Below the pieces are notes generated by a model, which did no database searches, had not been told where the DNA came from, and saw only the letters and a program-made list of their open reading frames with translations. The translations under genes and the position numbers were made by a program. From IMG/VR virus record IMGVR_UViG_3300024246_000007, positions 1-52,087 of that record: 52,087 bases of DNA; one strand, given 5' to 3'. Positions 43,264 through 52,087 of this stretch are shown here, piece by piece. Each line of letters begins with the position of its first letter. The first letter of the stretch is position 1. The DNA comes from a virus (lineage: Duplodnaviria; Caudoviricetes).

Positions 43264-44348
43264 GTCGTCTTGCTCGTCGCCACCCGGCCACTCCCGACTG
43301 TGGTAACGCCGCCAGAGATCGTGACACCATTTGACACCAGCAAACTGTCATCGACCAGCGAGGCGCCGAGCGACAGATAGCTGCCATCCGGTACGAATGA
43401 CGTGCCGCCCAGTATCAGCTCATTGCCACCGAGCACGGCGAACAGGCCCTTGATGATGGTCGGCCCAACCTGTTTGATAGCGCCGCTGAAGGTATATCGG
43501 CCGCCGCCCTCGTCCATGTGCCAGAGATAGCCAAAGGTGTTCGATGCATTGAACCCACCGTCAACAGATGCGCCCGGCGTCGGCCCATCGAAAAAGAATG
43601 CACTGCAGTTTGTTCCTGCGCCGACGATGGTGATCGCGTCGCCTCCCGACATATCGAACAGCCCGTTGTTGTGCTGGTAGACCGTGCCGTTGCTTGCTGC
43701 GTTCAGGGTGTTGCCCATCAGCGTTGCGGTGCAGCTCGAACTCAGCGCCTTCCACGCCATGTTCAGTTCGCCGTTGTCGCCGATGGTGATGCATGGTCCC
43801 GTGCACGTCGAGGCGACGTGACCAGTTCCGTAAAGAGATAGCTGGATGAGATTGCTGCCGACAGGCTGGGTGCTGACGTTGAACGGATCGTTCGTGAAAA
43901 CGCTGCCGGCCATCCATGCCACGATCGGCGTCGACCAGCTGCAGTCAAAATCCTTCTGGATCACCTGCGCGGCTGCGGCATTGGTCAGAAGCGCGGTAGC
44001 CGGCGATAGGCCGTCATTGGTGTCGGCACATCCTGACAGCGTTCCGACGTAGAGGATCGTCCCACCAGGGATTTTCCATCTGCCGGGTTTCTCCTCGGCA
44101 AACCAGACCGTTCCGTCGCTGTTCACCGCGATCTGTTGGTTCGGGTATAGCTTCGGGTTCACGTCGGCGGGGAAACCCGCGAGGATCTTGCCGCTTCCGG
44201 AATCTCCGTTGATGACGCGAATATCACAATCAGATATCGGAGCCGGGAGTGTGATCGTGATCTGCCCTCCTGTCGCGAAGATATCGCACCCTGAATGCGT
44301 CGATGAAAGTGTCGTGCTTATCGAAATTCCGATGACCGGTCTGGACAT
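43260..44348 (-). CDS. Tail fibre/spike-like protein
   Basis: 362 aa Gly/Ser/Thr-rich; paralogue of 46134..47474. Confidence 0.6.
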   Translation of the reverse strand: MSRPVIGISISTTLSSTHSGCDIFATGGQITITLPAPISDCDIRVINGDSGSGKILAGFPADVNPKLYPNQQIAVNSDGTVWFAEEKPGRWKIPGGTILYVGTLSGCADTNDGLSPATALLTNAAAAQVIQKDFDCSWSTPIVAWMAGSVFTNDPFNVSTQPVGSNLIQLSLYGTGHVASTCTGPCITIGDNGELNMAWKALSSSCTATLMGNTLNAASNGTVYQHNNGLFDMSGGDAITIVGAGTNCSAFFFDGPTPGASVDGGFNASNTFGYLWHMDEGGGRYTFSGAIKQVGPTIIKGLFAVLGGNELILGGTSFVPDGSYLSLGASLVDDSLLVSNGVTISGGVTTVGSGRVATSKTT

Positions 44349-44350
44349 TC

Positions 44351-45829
44351 CTACATCCTGGTTACGAGTGCGAGTACGTCTGTAGAGTTGCTATCGAACG
44401 TGTTTGCGTGTGTTCCGTCGCTGGCTTGGTTCAACGACAATACGTGAAGCCCAATCAGGAGTGCATCATAGTGGGCATTTGCCTGTGTGATGAATGACGC
44501 AGCTGCGGGAGCAAACACGATGGCGCGCGGAGATGCCGCCGTGCTCGTTGAATCCAGACCGATGTAATAAGTACCGAATGCTCCTGCGTTCGCTGTCGTT
44601 GCAGCCTCGGCCGTGCAATAGGTCGATACCTCATCTTCGGCCAGACCCATTACAACGGTCACCTGATTTCCTGCGCTGGCTCTCGCCTGCTGAATCGTCG
44701 CGCTGGTGTAGGTATATGCAACGCCGTTATCTGTCACCTTGGCTCCAGTCAGAACCCGGTTGTACATATTCCAGACACCGAGTAACCCAGCCGTTCCGCC
44801 AGATGCGGCACCGCCCACATTCCAGCTGATTTGGCCGTTGGCCGAGGCATATACAGTGCCAAGATAGGTTCCCTGATTGACGCTTACGGGACCATAATTG
44901 GTAGCCGCATTGAAGCAGTTGGCGATAGAATTCTTGTTTGTGGTATAGCCGCGCGTGGAGCGATCGAGCTGGCTGTATCCGGTTCCTCGAGCGGTTGCAC
45001 TGCCGCCGGTGTCCGAGGCCCATCCACCGCCACCGCCGGTCGCGACAGACATCGCGATACAGATGCGATTGGCTCCGCCGTGCACCCACCAGACGTCATA
45101 GACCTGACCGGAAACGACTTGGCCCGCGCTCGCCGCCGACACCATGGCATCGCTTACCTCGCATGAGGCGATCGTATCGATGGCGTCAGCCGATCCCGTA
45201 TAATAGGGTACCTGATTGCCGATATAGCAATCATAGAGCAAAGAGGTTTTTGCCGATTGGGTCGTGCTCATCACCGGCGTATTGGTCTGAAGCGTCAATC
45301 TTCCCTGTGGCGCTGATAATGTCGCAGATGCAGCCGTGATCGACGCACAGGCCAGACCACTGGCATTTACGTAGACCAGCGCGTGGGCTCCGTCATTGGC
45401 GCAGGCTGGAACTGCTACGTTCGTCATGTCCGCCGTTGAGCCGGTCGGATTGATCCAGATCGAGTTGGCGATTCCTTGTGGCAGCTGCGCCAGCGTTGCG
45501 CGGCTGGATATGTTGGAGAAGGCAGGCTGTGTGCAGGTGAACGTGCTCAGCGTAGCGATTGCCGTCAAAAACTGATTTGAAGGACAAGTGAATGACGACG
45601 ATCCGTTGGCATCTATATAGGAATTTAGGAGATCCTGCACAGTCGAGCGCAGCAGCGCCGGGGTGATCGCACCCGATGTGTTGTCCGGCCAATTGGTCGT
45701 GATATCGGTATTGATCTGCGCCTTTGTGCACGGGGTCGTGCAGTTGGCGTGCGCTTGATTGACCGGGCAGGAAATCCACACAGCGCAAAGCACAGCGAAC
45801 GCCGCAAGGACGTTTCGAAGCATTATCAT
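44351..45829 (-). CDS. Tail-fibre-like protein with signal peptide
   Basis: 492 aa; N-term ends ...NQAHA; 'APQGRLTL', 'GAITPALLRS'. Confidence 0.6.
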   Translation of the reverse strand: MIMLRNVLAAFAVLCAVWISCPVNQAHANCTTPCTKAQINTDITTNWPDNTSGAITPALLRSTVQDLLNSYIDANGSSSFTCPSNQFLTAIATLSTFTCTQPAFSNISSRATLAQLPQGIANSIWINPTGSTADMTNVAVPACANDGAHALVYVNASGLACASITAASATLSAPQGRLTLQTNTPVMSTTQSAKTSLLYDCYIGNQVPYYTGSADAIDTIASCEVSDAMVSAASAGQVVSGQVYDVWWVHGGANRICIAMSVATGGGGGWASDTGGSATARGTGYSQLDRSTRGYTTNKNSIANCFNAATNYGPVSVNQGTYLGTVYASANGQISWNVGGAASGGTAGLLGVWNMYNRVLTGAKVTDNGVAYTYTSATIQQARASAGNQVTVVMGLAEDEVSTYCTAEAATTANAGAFGTYYIGLDSTSTAASPRAIVFAPAAASFITQANAHYDALLIGLHVLSLNQASDGTHANTFDSNSTDVLALVTRM

Positions 45830-45855
45830 CAGTTTTTCCTAAAGTTGGAAGGCGG

Positions 45856-46122
45856 CTAGAACTCCAGCCAGCCCTTCATGCGAAGACATCCGCGAAGCGA
45901 CGGAGAGAACGCCGCGCTGAACGCAGATTGTTCATTGACGACGCACCATTCCTTGATGATCAGAGACCAGTAGAGAAAGCCTCCAGCCGCTCCGAACAGC
46001 AGCGCGGCGCCGAGCGCGGCGAAGCGCAATCTGCTCTTGGCAACGAAGAGTCCGGAAATGAACAAGACGATGCCGATGATCAGGGCCGGCAGTTTGGCGG
46101 TCATCTTGACGTCGTCTGGCAC
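45856..46122 (-). CDS. Small two-TM membrane protein
   Basis: 88 aa between the fibre-like genes. Confidence 0.5.
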   Translation of the reverse strand: MPDDVKMTAKLPALIIGIVLFISGLFVAKSRLRFAALGAALLFGAAGGFLYWSLIIKEWCVVNEQSAFSAAFSPSLRGCLRMKGWLEF

Positions 46123-46133
46123 GATCTATTTTC

Positions 46134-47474
46134 CTAACATGCGGTTGCGCAGACCTGTCCGCCGGTTGCCGACGCCGTACCGCCGGGGATAACCGTCCCG
46201 TTAGTTATCAGGACAGAATTGCCGCTCGGTGTGGAAGCGTTCGTGATGACTGCTCCGGGCCAGGTAAGTCCCGTCGTAATGACCGATCCTGATTTCAGGG
46301 TGAACGCAACATTCATGGTGACCAGCGGGGAAAACGCTACCGATCCGCTCAATGTAACCTTGGAGCAATGCGCCTCGCATGCGACGAACGCGAGCGGCGT
46401 GTATGTATTGACCGCATCACCGATATTGACCGTGGCGTTGTACGTCGCGCTTCCTTGCAGATCTACATCAAAGAAGACATCATTTGTGCCGCCCGGAAGC
46501 CAGATTGCCGTACCACCGTTGAAATCATAGATGCATGTCTGATGACACTTGAACTGACCGGTGCTCGCCGTGTTCGAGCTGTTGCATTTAAATGTCGGAG
46601 TGAATCCGAGGTTCCAGTTGACGATTGTGATTCCGTTATCGCCGCTGTCCCAGCATGATCCGGTCGACGCCCAAGTGATGGCACCACGGATGTTGATCGT
46701 GATGAAACAGCCAATGCTCTGCCCGGTCTGGTTGGCACCGGAGAGGATATTCGTGCCGCCAGTATAGAAGCCGAGCGAGCACGAATTATAGCCGCCTCCG
46801 TCCCATTGCTGCCCGATGACAACCACTGCGGCCTGTGGAGTCGCCATGCACCCGGTGCCGGCAGCAAGACCGTCGTTGGTATCGTTGCCGTTTTGCGTGA
46901 CGCAGATTTCCGCGCCAGTTGGAAGATGCCAACGCCCCGGGTTTACGGTGGTATGCCAACTCGTCCCATCAGAAATGACCATGCCGGCCTGTCCCGGCCA
47001 TAGCGTCGGATTCCAGTCGGATGGAAAGTTCGCTCCGATCTTCTTTCCGCTCGCGGTCCCTATCCCGCTGTAAACCTCGCTGTTTTTCCAGCCGATCCAA
47101 CAGCCCGATGACACCGAGCTAGCCGCAGGTAGCGCCAGCGTGGCGTTTCCGCCTCCGTTCGCAATCAGCTCCTGAAAACAATTCGCGCTCGTCGCCGTGA
47201 TGTTTCCGGATTGCGTGCTAGTTGCCTTGGCGACGACAGGAGCGCCGCCGTCCTTGATAAGCTTTCCGGTCGTACCATCAAAGACAGCAAGATCGCCACT
47301 AACCGCGCTGGATGGCCCTTGTACTGCTGTGCCAACCGATTGCGTAACGAACGCTTCCGACGCGCAATAGACCGTGCTGGCTCCAACTGGAGAAGTTCGG
47401 CAGGTATTTCCTTGAGCGTGCGCACTGCCACTGAGAACGACGAGCAGAGCAAATGCGGGTAGGCCTCGCAACAT
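46134..47474 (-). CDS. Cys-rich tail fibre/spike-like protein with signal peptide
   Basis: TGATG coupling puts the start at 47474: MLRGLPAFALLVVLSGSAHA; 'LAVFDGTTGKLIKD'. Confidence 0.6.
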   Translation of the reverse strand: MLRGLPAFALLVVLSGSAHAQGNTCRTSPVGASTVYCASEAFVTQSVGTAVQGPSSAVSGDLAVFDGTTGKLIKDGGAPVVAKATSTQSGNITATSANCFQELIANGGGNATLALPAASSVSSGCWIGWKNSEVYSGIGTASGKKIGANFPSDWNPTLWPGQAGMVISDGTSWHTTVNPGRWHLPTGAEICVTQNGNDTNDGLAAGTGCMATPQAAVVVIGQQWDGGGYNSCSLGFYTGGTNILSGANQTGQSIGCFITINIRGAITWASTGSCWDSGDNGITIVNWNLGFTPTFKCNSSNTASTGQFKCHQTCIYDFNGGTAIWLPGGTNDVFFDVDLQGSATYNATVNIGDAVNTYTPLAFVACEAHCSKVTLSGSVAFSPLVTMNVAFTLKSGSVITTGLTWPGAVITNASTPSGNSVLITNGTVIPGGTASATGGQVCATAC

Positions 47475-48937
47475 CACCCCATCAACTCCGTCAGGACAAT
47501 GCTCTGCGTCCCGTCGACCGAAACGTTGGTCCCGGAGCAAAATAGGTTGTATGATGCTCGTGTCGTCGTAGTTGCGGGGTCGATGGCTTTAATCAGACTG
47601 CCGCCGCCGATACCAACCGACGAATTTCCGAGCAGGGGTAGAGTTGGGCCTATATTGGTTGGCCCTGTTCCACGGCTCAGGAAGAATGTACCAGACGCAC
47701 TGGCATTCGCCTGCCATCCGAACATGATCTCAGCCATGATCGGATTGACGGCGCTCGATGGCGTGATAGAGCCACCGACATTCATATTTGTATTTGCGCC
47801 AGTCCCCGATGTGGTCGATGTGGCCGTTGCATAGACGGTCTGCACGGTGTCGGCAGGTTTCTTGATGCCTGGTCCGAACAATTGCAGCGTGGTCGGAACG
47901 ATTCCATAAGTGCCTGCGGTAGCAAGGCCTGCCGAATATTCGACATAGCCCAAGATCCGCATTGCCTTGTTCGTTATCGTCGTGCCATTCGGCGTGTAGA
48001 ACACGCCTGCCGAGGTCGCGGAGCCAGACATTGCCGTTGACGAGATCTGCGCAGTTTCGTTCAGCGTAGTAATGGTGCCGCCGCTCGAACAGTTGATCAG
48101 TCCAAGAACAACCGTTCCTGCATTGTTGAAGGCCACCAGCCAAAGACGGAACGGAGTTGAATTGGAACTCCCGAGCGTGGCCCCGGTCGCAAAGGTCGAG
48201 ATCGATAATGCCGAGGTCACTGCGACCACGACAGGATCGCCATTAGCAAGAGTCACGTCCCGGAACGGAATCCGGATTGGGTTTCCTGCAGTCGGGTCTG
48301 CCCCCGTGTTCGCGGCTTTGAGCGAGACAGTCAGCACACCGGCCGCGATGCCAGCATTGATCTGCAGATTCGATGGCTGGGTCGGGTTGACCGCACCCTG
48401 CGCGGGGTTGAGCAATTCCCAGCGTGTGTTGGCGAGATTATAGCGCAACAGGCATTCTGCCAGATTGCCCGGGATGTCTCCGATCTGTACCGCAGCCCCG
48501 CCACTACGGGTGATGGTGACGGCCGGCAGGCTATCAGCGGCAAAGGTCGGCGTCGTTGTGGCGTTTGCTGCCGTCGCGCGGAAGCTGCGCAACATGCCGT
48601 CCACAAGCGCCAGCACCGATGGCGTATAGGTCGCCGTGATCGCGTCCGCCGTGCCGCCGGCAATCGTCCACCCGACCAAGCCGTCTTGTGCCTGATTCAG
48701 CGCTGCGTAATCGGTACGCGCCACGCCATTGGCCGCACCGGTATGCCGAAAATTATTCATCGGCAGGTTGGCAGTCGGCTGGCCCTGTCCATCACGGGTG
48801 ATGCAGTTTCCAAACCCGTTCGTCGTTATGTCGTCAGTGTCTGAGTCCATGCGTGTTGCATTGATGTCAATGCCGGCCGCCTTGTCGGCGACCCACGAAA
48901 ACAGCCTCAAAAACCCACCAGACCCGTTCCACGGCAA
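47474..48937 (-). CDS. Tail fibre protein (virion-anchoring)
   Basis: 'MPWNGSG...RDGQGQPTANLPM..FRHTG.A.G', 'GGTADAITAT'. Confidence 0.7.
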   Translation of the reverse strand: MPWNGSGGFLRLFSWVADKAAGIDINATRMDSDTDDITTNGFGNCITRDGQGQPTANLPMNNFRHTGAANGVARTDYAALNQAQDGLVGWTIAGGTADAITATYTPSVLALVDGMLRSFRATAANATTTPTFAADSLPAVTITRSGGAAVQIGDIPGNLAECLLRYNLANTRWELLNPAQGAVNPTQPSNLQINAGIAAGVLTVSLKAANTGADPTAGNPIRIPFRDVTLANGDPVVVAVTSALSISTFATGATLGSSNSTPFRLWLVAFNNAGTVVLGLINCSSGGTITTLNETAQISSTAMSGSATSAGVFYTPNGTTITNKAMRILGYVEYSAGLATAGTYGIVPTTLQLFGPGIKKPADTVQTVYATATSTTSGTGANTNMNVGGSITPSSAVNPIMAEIMFGWQANASASGTFFLSRGTGPTNIGPTLPLLGNSSVGIGGGSLIKAIDPATTTTRASYNLFCSGTNVSVDGTQSIVLTELMG

Positions 48938-49165
48938 GGCGATTATCCTTTATCTTCAGTGTGATGCGATTTTCAGTGGCGCATAGCGAATTGCGGGCAT
49001 AAATAGAGCCCGATGGTCAAAATCTCAGTTTTCGATTGTCTCGCCGCGCTCGCGTTCGCGGTCTGGAAGCATGCGGAAAGCGGCTGGTCGCCGCATTTCC
49101 CGCTCGTGATCTATCTCTTGGTCGGTCTGTGGCTCTCGCTGGTCACGCGAGCGGTTGCGGTAGGA

Positions 49166-51340
49166 CTATGGCGCCTGATTTCGAGGCCCTGGAAGATAGC
49201 CGCTGAACAGCCCGGGGGACTGAGCAGCGAGAACAGATGCAAGCCGGCCGGTCTGCTGGCCGATCGGCGCCGACGCATTGGCGGCCCGGGCAGCGTTGTG
49301 GCGGGACAGAATTTCGGCCAGTCGCGGGATGTCTGTCCCGCGTCGGGTCAGGAGGTCAGCGATCCCCTCCTTAGTGCGCTCGAGCGAGAGATCACCCAGA
49401 TATTGCTGGCCCCGCCGCAGCGCAGCCACACCAAACCCCGTCAGATTGGCCATCGGCGGCCCTGACTGGTTCGGGGCTTCCGTGTCCTTCATGAGCTGCT
49501 GACGGACGGCGGTGCGGCTATTGGAGGAGACCTTGTTCGTCACCTCCTGGAAATGGGTTTCGGCTGCGATCCGCTTGTCGACGGCATCAGCGGCGTCCTG
49601 ACCAAACACCCGCGCTATCTTCTCCCGGTTCTGGTTGGTGTCGAGCAGTCGGCGAGCAGCGGCGCCGTCATTGCGCGCGGTGTCGATGATGCGATCGATC
49701 TCGCGGCGCATGCCGAGCTGCACGCCGGCCCGCTCCGGAATGCTCATGCCAGCGATGTGTTCGCCAAGCTCTTCCGGTAATAGTTTGGTGTTCAGCGCCG
49801 AACGGCCCAAATCGATCGCATCGTTGACTTGGAATTTGGTCGCCGATGCCCGCCGTGCCATCGCATAAGCGCCGTCCGTGACGTTATCGAGATGGTTGAC
49901 CAGCGCGGTTTTGGCATCCATCAATCCACCCAAATCAGCCTTACCTGCTGAATCAAGATCCTGGATACCGCCGGTCTTCATCATGCCATTGATGCGGGAA
50001 TCCAGTGCCTTCTTGACGTAGTCCCAATAGCGTAGCGAAGTTTTGGCCGGATTCGTCACATCTTCGGCGATATGATAGCCGGGGCCAGCAAGTTCGGTCT
50101 TTACTTCCTTGGTGCCGGCAATGTTCTCTCCGTGGTTCTTGGCGAGTTGCTCGGCATCCTTCATCGCCTGAGCGACCACGGGCCGTGAGGTAATCGAGGT
50201 GGGCACATTGACCACTGGATGCGCGGTCATCACGTTGTCGTAGAGTGGCTTGGCGATCTTATCGACGGCCTCGTTGATGCCGTCCCGGGTCGCCACGAGA
50301 TCGGGCGACGGACCCATGACTTGGTCAAGCGTGTCTTTGGTGCGTGCGGCCGTACCGCTGCCGAATGTCCCGGTACGGCCCTCGACCGCGTCCAGTACCG
50401 TGTTTTGACCCTTGCCGGGCTGGGCTGCGATTGCTTCGGCCCGGCCGCCCAGCTGGCGGCCCATGTCCATGAACATCGATTCCGGCCCAAGTTCAGCTTG
50501 TCGCGCCGCGGCCCCGGCCGGGGTCAACTGGTCGGCCTCGACGTTCTTCGCCACCTTGGCGACCGCAGCCGGTGTCACATCTCCACCGAGTTCGCTTGCT
50601 GCCGTTCTGGCCGCTCCGCGGTTGGCTAGTACTTCGCCAATTTTGCCGCCTGCCATTCCGGTAACGCCGCCGCCGATCGCACCCAGGAGCCGCGCATAGG
50701 GCTCCAGCCACGTTCCCTCGACGCGCGAGCCAAGCGCTTCGGAGCCTAGCCCTGGTAGTACTGCGCCCTTGACGAGATTTGGCACCACGGCGCCGCCACC
50801 GGTGACAAGTGCGGCGGGTGCGAATTCCGTGACCGATTGGCCGAGTTTCCCGGCTTCGGTCTGGGCTTCTGGCAAAGGACCGTGTTGCCCCTCGGTTGGA
50901 ATGACAGGTGCCGTAAGTTCGGGCCCCTTATCAAGTCCGGTTTTTTCGGCGATGTAGTCTGTGGCCGCCTTGCTGCCTCTGGCAAGCAGATCAGAAGCCT
51001 TGCTGATGCCCTCAGTGCCGAGGATCGGTGCTGCGATGTCTGGGCCTTTGTCGATCCCGGTCTTTTCGGCAATATAATCGGTCGCAGCCTTGCTTCCTTT
51101 CGCGAGCAAGTTGCCCACCATCCCAGGCGCTCCTAGGAACGCTGCCGCCCCCTTAATCGGGCCAGTGATACCGACCGCTGCCGCTTCATGGGCGAGGGAT
51201 GGCCCTGGCGTCACCACTGGATCGGCATGCCACCAATCCTCAGCAGCCGGCGCGTCGATATGGCCCTGCAACGGCCCGAGATTCGGGCCATGGTAGGGTT
51301 GCGACGCGACTGGATCGTTCTGCCAGAAATCGTCAGCCAT
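49166..51340 (-). CDS. Putative DNA ejection / internal virion protein
   Basis: 724 aa Ala/Gly-rich helical, upstream of the tail fibre; internal 40-aa repeat. Confidence 0.55.
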   Translation of the reverse strand: MADDFWQNDPVASQPYHGPNLGPLQGHIDAPAAEDWWHADPVVTPGPSLAHEAAAVGITGPIKGAAAFLGAPGMVGNLLAKGSKAATDYIAEKTGIDKGPDIAAPILGTEGISKASDLLARGSKAATDYIAEKTGLDKGPELTAPVIPTEGQHGPLPEAQTEAGKLGQSVTEFAPAALVTGGGAVVPNLVKGAVLPGLGSEALGSRVEGTWLEPYARLLGAIGGGVTGMAGGKIGEVLANRGAARTAASELGGDVTPAAVAKVAKNVEADQLTPAGAAARQAELGPESMFMDMGRQLGGRAEAIAAQPGKGQNTVLDAVEGRTGTFGSGTAARTKDTLDQVMGPSPDLVATRDGINEAVDKIAKPLYDNVMTAHPVVNVPTSITSRPVVAQAMKDAEQLAKNHGENIAGTKEVKTELAGPGYHIAEDVTNPAKTSLRYWDYVKKALDSRINGMMKTGGIQDLDSAGKADLGGLMDAKTALVNHLDNVTDGAYAMARRASATKFQVNDAIDLGRSALNTKLLPEELGEHIAGMSIPERAGVQLGMRREIDRIIDTARNDGAAARRLLDTNQNREKIARVFGQDAADAVDKRIAAETHFQEVTNKVSSNSRTAVRQQLMKDTEAPNQSGPPMANLTGFGVAALRRGQQYLGDLSLERTKEGIADLLTRRGTDIPRLAEILSRHNAARAANASAPIGQQTGRLASVLAAQSPGLFSGYLPGPRNQAP

Positions 51341-52087
51341 TATTGCTTGTGCCGAATAGAGCCGTCAGGAGCCATATAGGGAGTGCCTTTTGCGAGATTA
51401 TCGTATTCCGCTTTGCTCGAAATGCGGGGCGCGGTCGGGCCAGTGGCATTTCCGCCAGGGAATCCCGGCTGGGATCCTGTCTCGTTCCCCGTCATCCCCT
51501 TTAACGGCCCGATCTCGCCCCGCACCTTGTCGACATAACCTTTGAGCGGATTTTGCCGCAGCCAAGCCTGTTCAAACGATTGCGGATCCCGCCAGCCGTG
51601 CTGCTGCGCCTCGACGAAGTCCCGCGGCAGGTCGCGCGCTTGGCGCAACTGGCCGATGTCCTCGGACAGCATCTGCAGGTTCGCGGCCGGCTGCAGGTTC
51701 GGATGCTCCTTGTTTTCGGACAGGGCCCGGAACTCCATCTGCGTGAACCGCGGTGTCGTCGCCTTTAGCTGCTGCAGGGTTTCCACGTAGTTTTCGTGAA
51801 TCGCTGTCTCGACCTTGGCCGGGTCCGCTAGGATCGTTTCCGGCAGGTTGACCCCGATCGATTTCAGGAGCGAGGCGACCTGCGCCTTCTGTTCGGCGCC
51901 GTAGCCGGTCTGCATGGTCTTGAAGGTCTGCGCTATGGTGTTAAGACGCTGCTCGGCCTGGTAGCCGGGCTGAAGGCCAGAATGCCACCCCTCCTGTGTC
52001 TTTTGCCACGCTTCGACGCGCGGTTTGGCTTCGGCCGGCGATTTCGGCAATGGAGCCTGATCGGTCAGCGGCGGGACGAGCGTGCCG
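51340..52087 (-). CDS. Putative DNA ejection protein, 5' part outside window
   Basis: Frame open to the window edge; C-term 'EYDNLAKGTPYMAPDGSIRHK'; TAATG coupling. Confidence 0.55.
   Translation of the reverse strand, partial: GTLVPPLTDQAPLPKSPAEAKPRVEAWQKTQEGWHSGLQPGYQAEQRLNTIAQTFKTMQTGYGAEQKAQVASLLKSIGVNLPETILADPAKVETAIHENYVETLQQLKATTPRFTQMEFRALSENKEHPNLQPAANLQMLSEDIGQLRQARDLPRDFVEAQQHGWRDPQSFEQAWLRQNPLKGYVDKVRGEIGPLKGMTGNETGSQPGFPGGNATGPTAPRISSKAEYDNLAKGTPYMAPDGSIRHKQ

Larger units (their letters stand above)
1..52087. mobile_element. Temperate tailed phage genome, near-complete and circularly permuted (P22/podovirus-like; alphaproteobacterial host)
   Basis: Terminase, portal, scaffold, capsid, tail/ejection, lysis, cI/cro, replication and integrase modules; no host housekeeping genes; no tape-measure or sheath gene seen. 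Confidence 0.93.

Noticed and set aside
47475-47540. Upstream extension of the 468-aa ORF
   Set aside because: Overlaps the previous gene; TGATG coupling and the signal peptide favour ATG 47474
43260-48937. Diversity-generating retroelement or invertible tail-fibre shufflon
   Set aside because: No reverse transcriptase, no near-identical TR/VR pair, no invertase or inverted fibre cassettes seen in this window
49013-49465. 150-aa plus-strand ORF
   Set aside because: Two-thirds overlaps the ejection gene antisense; the hydrophobic N-terminal 60 aa could be real but support is insufficient

Overview
The whole 52 kb window is one temperate alphaproteobacterial phage genome. The host is probably Rhizobiales/Bradyrhizobium-like, and the morphogenesis module is P22/podovirus-style. 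No host genes are present. The genome is circularly permuted. The minus-strand late operon (terS, terL, portal, scaffold, capsid, adaptor, tail protein) runs off the left end, then resumes at the right end with ejection proteins, tail fibres and lysis genes. The centre holds a lambdoid cro/cI switch with five matching operators, replication genes, and two plus-strand arrays of small accessory genes flanking a tyrosine integrase and a candidate attP. Main observations: (1) the major capsid gene is split by two group I introns, one carrying a GIY-YIG homing endonuclease, and splicing rebuilds a 343-aa ORF; (2) many junctions between the small genes around the integrase carry a quasi-palindromic YTAAY-N5-GTTAR-like motif resembling an integron simple site, a candidate gene-cassette system; (3) a CCA-ended tRNA-like cloverleaf lies inside a small ORF after terL, next to a perfect 11-6-11 inverted repeat; (4) a two-domain Maf/DUF115-like glycosyltransferase sits in the capsid module; (5) two Cys-rich tail-region proteins carry Sec-type signal peptides, and a Tat-signal protein resembles a capsid fragment; (6) a cytosine-methyltransferase-like gene is frameshifted in a G6 run. 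All product calls come from visual motif recognition and gene order; no database searches were run.
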